This document shows, one piece after another, positions 57,560-64,000 of a DNA stretch of 64,000 bases; position 1 is the first letter of the stretch, and each line of letters opens with the position of its first letter. A program made the position numbers and the translations under genes. A model generated the notes under the pieces. That model was not told the origin of the DNA, ran no database searches, and saw only the letters and a program-made list of their open reading frames with translations. Source of the DNA: an uncultured Piscirickettsiaceae bacterium (GTDB taxonomy: Bacteria; Pseudomonadota; Gammaproteobacteria; GCF-002020875); contig CAYQBY010000001.1 of NCBI GenBank assembly GCA_964415865.1, positions 26,277 to 90,276 of the forward strand. Reading direction: 5' to 3'.

Positions 57560-58182
57560 TGGCTACTATTCTGGAAATTCATCCGCTTAATCCACAGCCT
57601 AGATTCATTCAACAGGCGGTGGAGGTGATTCATCGTGGCGGGGTTATTGCGTATCCAACTGATTCGAGTTATGCACTTGGATGCCATATCGGAGACAAGC
57701 AGGCGATGGATCGGATAAGGCAAATTCGCAAAGTAGGGAGTGATCACAATTTTACTCTGGTCTGCCCCAATTTATCTGACCTTAGTCTCTATGCAAAGGT
57801 TGATAACAGCTCATTTCGCCTTATGAAACATGTCATGCCTGGCCCTTATACATTGATCCTTAAGGCGAGTCGTGAGGTGCCCCGTCGTCTGCAACATCCA
57901 AAGCGTAAAACCATCGGGCTTCGTGTTCCAGATAATCGGGTTGCGCATGCGCTGATGGAGGCACTTGGAGAGCCACTTATGAGCTCTACATTGATCCCGC
58001 CTGGGGAAGAGTTCCCCCTGAATGATCCACATGAAATAGATCAGCGTATGGGGCATGCACTGGATCTTATTATTGATGGCGGACATTGTGGGGTAGAGCC
58101 AACAACCGTGGTCAATATGGTAGACGGAATCCCTGAAGTTGTACGGGTGGGTTGTGGTGATCCTGCACCATTTGAGCGATAA
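57559..58182 (+). CDS. yciO: YrdC/Sua5-domain protein YciO (threonylcarbamoyl-AMP synthase paralogue)
   Basis: YrdC fold motifs (AYPTDSSYALGC), 207 aa, GTG start overlapping yciV stop. Confidence 0.85.
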   Translation: MATILEIHPLNPQPRFIQQAVEVIHRGGVIAYPTDSSYALGCHIGDKQAMDRIRQIRKVGSDHNFTLVCPNLSDLSLYAKVDNSSFRLMKHVMPGPYTLILKASREVPRRLQHPKRKTIGLRVPDNRVAHALMEALGEPLMSSTLIPPGEEFPLNDPHEIDQRMGHALDLIIDGGHCGVEPTTVVNMVDGIPEVVRVGCGDPAPFER

Positions 58183-58191
58183 TCCACCACA

Positions 58192-58848
58192 ATGAATTCG
58201 TTCTCAATGATCCAGACAATAGCTATCTGGGTGCTTCCAGTTCTCTTTGCAATTACAGTCCATGAGGTTGCTCATGGCTGGGTGGCAAAACAGTTCGGTG
58301 ACAAGACAGCAATGATGATGGGGCGGCTAACCCTGAATCCGGTAAAGCATATTGACCCCATGGGGACAGTTCTGGTGCCATTGTTGCTTGTGGTTTTACA
58401 GACAGGGTTTGTCTTCGGATGGGCCAAGCCGGTTCCGGTTACAACAGAAAATCTGCGTCATCCAAAACGGGACATGGTCTGGGTGGCACTGGCAGGACCA
58501 CTATCGAATGGAGTTATGGCGTTACTGTGGCTGCTCGCCATTGTGGTGGGAGTTGCCATACATAGCTCCATGCCACTGGTTTCAGAGCCCCTAATCTATA
58601 TGGGTCAGGCCGGCATATTGATCAACATTGTGTTGATGGTTCTGAATCTGTTGCCATTGCCACCACTTGATGGGGGCAGAATAGTCACAGGTCTTCTGCC
58701 GGGCAGGCTGTCATGGCAGTTCAGTAGAATTGAGCCGTATGGTTTTTTTATCCTGATTGGCCTGTTGGCAACGGGTATCCTTGGGCAGATTATGGGCCCT
58801 CTGATCAACGGTATCAGTAACACTCTTTTCTCATTGGCAGGATTTTAA
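58192..58848 (+). CDS. Stand-alone M50-family (site-2 protease-like) membrane zinc metallopeptidase
   Basis: HEVAHGW zinc motif in TM1, LPLPPLDGG motif later; 218 aa polytopic. Confidence 0.75.
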   Translation: MNSFSMIQTIAIWVLPVLFAITVHEVAHGWVAKQFGDKTAMMMGRLTLNPVKHIDPMGTVLVPLLLVVLQTGFVFGWAKPVPVTTENLRHPKRDMVWVALAGPLSNGVMALLWLLAIVVGVAIHSSMPLVSEPLIYMGQAGILINIVLMVLNLLPLPPLDGGRIVTGLLPGRLSWQFSRIEPYGFFILIGLLATGILGQIMGPLINGISNTLFSLAGF

Positions 58849-60074
58849 TGGACAACTCGACTCCTACTCTACCGACACAATTTCAGCGTGTGGTATCCGG
58901 TATGCGCCCTACAGGAAACCTCCATCTGGGGCACTATCATGGAGTACTGAAAAATTGGGTCCACCTGCAGCATGAGTATGAGTGCTTCTTCTTTGTGGCA
59001 GATTGGCATGCACTGACCACCCATTATGAAGATCCTGCAGTAATTGAAAAAAGCGTCTGGGAGATGGTGATTGACTGGTTGGCTGCCGGAGTAAACCCAG
59101 GTTCTGCCAGAATCTTCATTCAGTCACAGGTGCCAGAGCATGCCGAGCTCCATACACTGTTATCAATGATGACACCGCTGAGTTGGCTAGAGAGGGTTCC
59201 AACCTACAAGGATCAACAGGAGAAACTGAAGGAGAAAGATCTCTCCACTTACGGTTTCCTTGGTTACCCACTGTTACAGAGCGCAGATATTCTTGCCTAC
59301 CGTGCCGGACAGGTTCCGGTTGGAGAGGATCAGGTAGCCCACGTTGAGTTGACTCGTGAGGTGGCACGCCGGTTCAACCATCTATATGGCAAAGAGCCAG
59401 GTTTTGAAGAGAAGGCAGAGGCTGCTGCCAAAAAGATGGGGAAGAAGAATGCCAAGCTCTATAGTCGTCTGCGCAGGAGCTTCCAGGAAGAGGGTGACCA
59501 TGAGGCATTGGAGACCGCGCGTGCACTGCTGGAGTCTCAGCAGAATATAACTGTCGGGGACAGAGAGCGTCTTTTCGGATATCTGGAGGGTGGAGGCAAG
59601 ATCATCCTGCCAGAACCGCAGGCCCTATTGACCAAGGCATCAAAGATGCCAGGGCTTGATGGGCAGAAGATGTCCAAGTCATACAACAACACCATCTCTC
59701 TTAGAGAGGATCCAGCAGAGGCCGAGAAAAAGATCCGTACCATGCCGACAGATCCTGCCCGGGTTAGGCTTACCGATCCTGGTGATCCTGCAAAATGCCC
59801 AGTCTGGGATTTTCACCAGATCTATACATCTGAAAGTGACCGTAAAGAGCTGGCCGAAGGGTGTCGTACAGCATCTATCGGATGCCTGGATTGTAAACAG
59901 TCTGTGGTTGATGGGGTGCTAAAGGAGCTGGTTCCAATGCGTGAGCGCGCAGAGAAGTTTACCGAGGAGCCAAACCTGGTAAAAAACATTATTGAAGAGG
60001 GTGGTGAACTGGCCCGAGAGGAGGCCAGACGGACCATGGTTGAGGTTCGTCAGGCAATGGGTCTGGTATATTAG
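58848..60074 (+). CDS. trpS: Tryptophan--tRNA ligase (long form with about 70-aa insertion)
   Basis: HLGHY (HIGH-type) and KMSKS motifs, C-terminal anticodon-binding helices; 408 aa; TAATG overlap with upstream gene. Confidence 0.9.
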   Translation: MDNSTPTLPTQFQRVVSGMRPTGNLHLGHYHGVLKNWVHLQHEYECFFFVADWHALTTHYEDPAVIEKSVWEMVIDWLAAGVNPGSARIFIQSQVPEHAELHTLLSMMTPLSWLERVPTYKDQQEKLKEKDLSTYGFLGYPLLQSADILAYRAGQVPVGEDQVAHVELTREVARRFNHLYGKEPGFEEKAEAAAKKMGKKNAKLYSRLRRSFQEEGDHEALETARALLESQQNITVGDRERLFGYLEGGGKIILPEPQALLTKASKMPGLDGQKMSKSYNNTISLREDPAEAEKKIRTMPTDPARVRLTDPGDPAKCPVWDFHQIYTSESDRKELAEGCRTASIGCLDCKQSVVDGVLKELVPMRERAEKFTEEPNLVKNIIEEGGELAREEARRTMVEVRQAMGLVY

Positions 60075-60095
60075 TGGTTAATTGGGGAGGTTGAC

Positions 60096-60953
60096 ATGAA
60101 TCAAGAGCTACCACTGGAAGAGGGTTCAGCAGTTGTTGATCCAGAGCATGAGGAGCTGTTGAGAGGAATTCGGATCTCAGGAGAGGCGTTGCAAGAGCTT
60201 CCGAAGGATCTCTATATTCCGCCGGAGGCACTCAAGGTGGTGCTGGAGGCATTTGAGGGGCCGGTTGATCTGCTGCTATACCTGATTCGACGTCAAAATC
60301 TGGATGTTTTGAATATCCCCATTGCTGAGGTGACACGTCAGTATATGGAGTATGTGGAGATGATGCGGGCACTCAATCTTGAGATGGCGGCAGAGTATCT
60401 GGTTATGGCGGCTATGCTGGCCGAGATCAAATCCAGGATGTTGCTACCTCGTCATGATGAGATTGAGGATGAGGATGATCCACGTGCCGAGTTGATTCGT
60501 CGTCTGCAGGAGTATGAGCAACTCAAGAAGGCAGCTGAGGAGTTGAATGAGCTGCCACGAATGGAGAGGGATATAAATTCGGTAGAGATTGCGGCCCCGA
60601 TTCGTGGTGTACGTCCTCAACCAGATGTACAGATACAGGCACTACTGACGGCATTCAGTGATGTACTGCAGCGAGCAGAACTGTTTAATAGTCACCATGT
60701 ACAGCGCGAGCCGCTCTCTATTCGTGAACGCATGAGCAGTGTTCTGGTGCTGCTTGAAGAGGGGGCGGAATTTATTGAATTTGGCTCCCTGTTTCAGGTT
60801 GAGGAGGGGCGAGCTGGGGTGGTGATAACACTGATGGCAATTCTTGAGTTGATCAAGGAGTCATTGATTGGTGTGGTACAGAATGACCCCTATGGGCCAA
60901 TCTATATTCGCTCACCAAATGAGAAATCGATGGAAAGTGGAGAGGAGCAATAA
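60096..60953 (+). CDS. scpA: Segregation and condensation protein A
   Basis: 285 aa, ScpA kleisin family, followed by scpB. Confidence 0.9.
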   Translation: MNQELPLEEGSAVVDPEHEELLRGIRISGEALQELPKDLYIPPEALKVVLEAFEGPVDLLLYLIRRQNLDVLNIPIAEVTRQYMEYVEMMRALNLEMAAEYLVMAAMLAEIKSRMLLPRHDEIEDEDDPRAELIRRLQEYEQLKKAAEELNELPRMERDINSVEIAAPIRGVRPQPDVQIQALLTAFSDVLQRAELFNSHHVQREPLSIRERMSSVLVLLEEGAEFIEFGSLFQVEEGRAGVVITLMAILELIKESLIGVVQNDPYGPIYIRSPNEKSMESGEEQ

Positions 60954-61588
60954 TGGATATGAGTCTAAAAAATATTGTAGAGGCTGCACTGATGGCATCA
61001 GGAAAGCCTCTGAGCATAAAGGTGTTGCGTTCACTTTTTGAGGAGGGGGCGGAGCCTGAGAGAAAAGAGATTGTTGAGGTATTGAGAGAGTTACAGAGTG
61101 AAAGTGAAGGGCGTGGTTATGAGATTATTGAGGTTGCCAGTGGCTGGAGAATGCAGGTCAGACAGGATCTATCCACCTGGATAAACCGTCTATGGGAAGA
61201 GAAACCGGCACGTTATTCGCGCGCATTGCTGGAGACAATGTCATTGATTGCATACCGCCAACCAATTACCAGAGGTGAGATTGAGGAGATTCGTGGGGTA
61301 GCGGTTAGCACCAACATAATGAAGACTCTGCAAGAGAGAGAGTGGGTTCGCCTGCTGGGTCATAAGGATGTTCCGGGGCGTCCTGCAATGTATGGAACAA
61401 CACGAAAGTTTCTTGACTACTTTGGGTTGAGAACACTGGAAGAGCTCCCAACCCTGATGGAACTGAAAGAGCTTGGTGCCATGAATGGTGAATTTGAACT
61501 GGAGCAGGAGGAGCCGGAGATGGGGGGTGATGGTGATGACTCATCAAGAGCGGATCTCAGGCTAGTTGTAAACGAGAGTAGCAAATAG
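60953..61588 (+). CDS. scpB: Segregation and condensation protein B
   Basis: Winged-helix ScpB pattern, 211 aa; scpA-scpB-rluB order. Confidence 0.9.
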   Translation: MDMSLKNIVEAALMASGKPLSIKVLRSLFEEGAEPERKEIVEVLRELQSESEGRGYEIIEVASGWRMQVRQDLSTWINRLWEEKPARYSRALLETMSLIAYRQPITRGEIEEIRGVAVSTNIMKTLQEREWVRLLGHKDVPGRPAMYGTTRKFLDYFGLRTLEELPTLMELKELGAMNGEFELEQEEPEMGGDGDDSSRADLRLVVNESSK

Positions 61589-62400
61589 TGACAGAGCAGG
61601 AGTCTGATAAGCCAGTAGGAGAGCGTCTGCAGAAAGTTATGGCACGTGCTGGACTTGGCTCACGTCGTCAGGTTGAGAGGTGGATGAAGGAGGGTAAGAT
61701 CCAGGTAAATCGCAAGCCCGCCATCCTTGGCATCAGAGTAACCTCAAATGATGAGATTCGTCTGAATGGCGAGCAGGTTCATCCATTTACAAAAGGTGGT
61801 GCAGGCAACAAAAGCAGGGTGATTCTCTATCATAAACCAGCTGGCCAGATGACTACCCGCAGTGATCCAGAGGGGCGAGACACTGTATTTAATCACCTCC
61901 CCAAGATACGTGGTGCACGCTGGATCTCGGTTGGACGACTGGACTACAACACATCTGGTCTTCTGCTCTTTACCACTGATGGCGATCTTGCCAATCGTCT
62001 GATGCACCCATCTGCAGAGGTGGAGCGAGAGTATGCGGTGCGTACTCTGGGAGAGGCAACTGATGAGCAACTGGACCAGTTGATCAAGGGGGTTGATCTT
62101 GAGGATGGAGTGGCCAGGTTCTCTGATATCGTGGACTCGGGTGGACAGGGTGTTAATCACTGGTACCACGTAGTACTGCAGGAGGGACGTAACCGCGAGG
62201 TGAGAAGAATGTGGGAGTCTGTGGGGCTGACCGTAAGTCGTCTTATGAGAGTTCGCTATGGCCCCATTATTCTTGGCAAGCAGGTTCGTGTTGGCAAGAA
62301 TCGTGAGCTTGGCAAGGAGGAGATTAGAGAACTGAGATATGTGGCAGGGCTTGAGAGCAGAATAATCGAGCCATCATCACAAGATGGGCGCGAAAACTAG
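61588..62400 (+). CDS. rluB: 23S rRNA pseudouridine(2605) synthase
   Basis: S4 domain plus RsuA-family catalytic motif (GRLDYNTSGLLL); GTG start. Confidence 0.9.
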   Translation: MTEQESDKPVGERLQKVMARAGLGSRRQVERWMKEGKIQVNRKPAILGIRVTSNDEIRLNGEQVHPFTKGGAGNKSRVILYHKPAGQMTTRSDPEGRDTVFNHLPKIRGARWISVGRLDYNTSGLLLFTTDGDLANRLMHPSAEVEREYAVRTLGEATDEQLDQLIKGVDLEDGVARFSDIVDSGGQGVNHWYHVVLQEGRNREVRRMWESVGLTVSRLMRVRYGPIILGKQVRVGKNRELGKEEIRELRYVAGLESRIIEPSSQDGREN

Positions 62401-63046
62401 TCCACGTCAGCTATTCAGGCAACTCTATAACCTTTATGGCCCCCAGAGTTGGTGGCCGGCAGAGAGTCCATTTGAGGTTATGGTGGGGGCAATCCTTACT
62501 CAAAATACAGCATGGGAGCGGGTTGAGAGTGCAATTGAGAACCTGCGGGCAAACAACCTGTTATCTGCTGACGCAATTATCTCTACACCACAACCAGAGC
62601 TTGCGGAACTGATCCGTCCATCTGGTTACTTCAACCTAAAAGCCAAGCGTCTGCACGGTTACTGTAGTTGGTACGTTGAGAATAAAAAATATCTATGGGA
62701 TATGGATAGTGAACAACTTCGAGAGGAGTTGTTAAAGATCAACGGAGTAGGTCCAGAGACTGCGGATGATATCTTGCTCTATGCATTTGAGCGGCCGGTT
62801 TTTGTGGTTGATGCCTACACCAGAAGAATATTTCAGCGAGTAGAGATGATGCACGGTAATGAGTCATATGACGAGATTCGTCATATGGTTGAGCATGATT
62901 TTTCTACCAGCAATAATGCAGATAGAGTGAAGCAGTTTAATGAATTTCACGCCTTGATAGTGGAACATGCCAAGCGATATTGTCGCAAGCGGCCACTATG
63001 TGATGAGTGTCAACTGATCTGTAATTTCTCGCATCATAATGAATAG
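62384..63046 (+). CDS. HhH-GPD superfamily base-excision DNA glycosylase (endonuclease III-related)
   Basis: LTQNTAW...helix-hairpin-helix GVG...D; C-terminal Cys cluster CRKRPLCDECQLIC (Fe-S-like); 220 aa. Confidence 0.75.
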   Translation: MGAKTSPRQLFRQLYNLYGPQSWWPAESPFEVMVGAILTQNTAWERVESAIENLRANNLLSADAIISTPQPELAELIRPSGYFNLKAKRLHGYCSWYVENKKYLWDMDSEQLREELLKINGVGPETADDILLYAFERPVFVVDAYTRRIFQRVEMMHGNESYDEIRHMVEHDFSTSNNADRVKQFNEFHALIVEHAKRYCRKRPLCDECQLICNFSHHNE

Positions 63047-63123
63047 CTAAAATACGTGTTTCTACGTATGTACAAAAAAGAGCCAAAAGATCATCATTAA
63101 TCATCCTCATAGGAACAATTGGT

Positions 63124-63315
63124 GTGGATGCAATGAATTATCAGAAGAGTTATAACTGGCTACCAACTATCGGCACCATGACCGCAGTTGTCATTGTCGA
63201 GACTGAAAAGATCTCCATGGCATCGCGCAACAAAATATCACACAATAAAAACGAGAAAAGAGATCAGGCTCATCAACACTCCTGGTCATTGGCCTCTCTG
63301 TTTTGTGTCTCTTAA
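63124..63315 (+). CDS. Possible small ORF (63 aa) in otherwise non-coding region; may instead be part of an sRNA
   Basis: ORF followed 47 nt later by strong terminator; weak SD; no homology recognised. Confidence 0.2.
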   Translation: MDAMNYQKSYNWLPTIGTMTAVVIVETEKISMASRNKISHNKNEKRDQAHQHSWSLASLFCVS

Positions 63316-63361
63316 TAGGGCCGTTATACTTTCTCCCATAAGTTAACGACTCCTCCTGGTG

Positions 63362-63395
63362 ACCAGCACATCGTAATGATGTGCTGGTTTTTTTT
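63362..63395 (+). terminator. Strong rho-independent terminator (+ strand)
   Basis: Perfect 11-bp stem accagcacatc/gatgtgctggt, 5-nt loop, followed by T8. Confidence 0.7.
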
Positions 63396-63452
63396 GTCCT
63401 AAAAATCATATCCTGGTATTCAAGAAGTCACAGCCCTAGTTATAGATAGGCA

Positions 63453-64000
63453 TTACGTTAAGGCCATTCTCCTTGTTGCAATCACACTCTGACCTATAGA
63501 TATACCTTGATCATTGGAGGGGAATTTTTCTGATGACAGAATAACCAGGCCACTCTCTTTGAGTCTGTTACTGGTTTCCTCCAGCAGTAATCTGTTCTGA
63601 AATACACCACCACTCAGGATAATGGTATTTATGTTGTATTTTCCACATAGTCTCGTTGCGGTCTCTGTAATGGATGCAATCAAACCATGATGAAATCTGG
63701 CAGCAATGATCTCTTTCGCAATGTTATGCTCCAGATCATTAATTAATTCTCTCCATAATGGTTCCCACCCAATAGTGATTTGATTCTCTGATTCAAGAAG
63801 TTGGATGGAATAACCATTACCACGTTGTTCATGAAATAGATTGGTTGCAAGAGATTCAAGTTCAATGGCTGCTTCTGCCTCAAAGCTTATGGTCTCTCTG
63901 CAAAGACCTATTGCTGCGGCTACTGCATCAATCAGGCGTCCGCACGATGAGGCTTGAGGTGTGTTGATGCCGCCGGCTATCATCATATTAAGTGTGGTTA
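63453..64000 (-). CDS. hypF: Carbamoyltransferase HypF, C-terminal (Kae1-like) region; 5' end beyond window
   Basis: ...LSGGVFQNRLLLE...NDQGISIGQ HypF C-terminal pattern; ORF open to window edge. Confidence 0.65.
   Translation of the reverse strand, partial: TTLNMMIAGGINTPQASSCGRLIDAVAAAIGLCRETISFEAEAAIELESLATNLFHEQRGNGYSIQLLESENQITIGWEPLWRELINDLEHNIAKEIIAARFHHGLIASITETATRLCGKYNINTIILSGGVFQNRLLLEETSNRLKESGLVILSSEKFPSNDQGISIGQSVIATRRMALT

Noticed and set aside
63047-63090. Palindromic tacgtgtttctacgta just after the glycosylase gene
   Set aside because: Only a 5-6-bp stem and no T-tract. Not a convincing terminator or operator.

Overview
This window is a core chromosomal segment of a gammaproteobacterium (roughly 50% GC) with strongly Escherichia-like synteny. 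The + strand carries trpA' (window-truncated), accD, folC, dedD-like, mrcB, an overlapping lipoprotein, a yoaA/dinG-type helicase and tsaB. An aminotransferase, orf115, glnD and map then run on the - strand. After that comes the large + strand block rpsB-tsf-pyrH-frr-uppS-cdsA-dxr-rseP-bamA-skp-lpxD-fabZ-lpxA-lpxB-rnhB-dnaE-accA-tilS-pyrG-kdsA-eno-ftsB-ispD-ispF-truD. A mixed-strand region follows with smrB, orf150, gluQ, orf102, dksA, cbbY, an aminotransferase, an FGGY kinase and queF. Downstream are smc-zipA-ligA, then on the - strand a CoA-binding/DUF2892 pair with ppnP-bolA-yciI-yciB. The + strand then carries yciV-yciO, an M50 peptidase, trpS-scpA-scpB-rluB and an HhH-GPD glycosylase. A - strand C-terminal hypF fragment runs off the window end. 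cbbY and hypF suggest a chemolithoautotrophic (Calvin-cycle, hydrogenase-bearing) host. I found no rRNA, tRNA, CRISPR, transposase, integrase, phage genes or obvious defence island. Nearly all coding capacity is housekeeping, so I do not see a convincing undescribed multi-gene system here. The points worth a second look are small and local: a ZipA homologue without a membrane anchor, an LpoP-like lipoprotein overlapping mrcB, small unknown ORFs coupled to glnD and wedged between dksA and gluQ, a strongly terminated transcript after the glycosylase gene, and in-frame tandem repeats in rpsB and dedD. Many six-frame ORFs in the track are antisense or N-terminally over-extended artefacts. Starts were re-anchored on conserved N-termini where possible.
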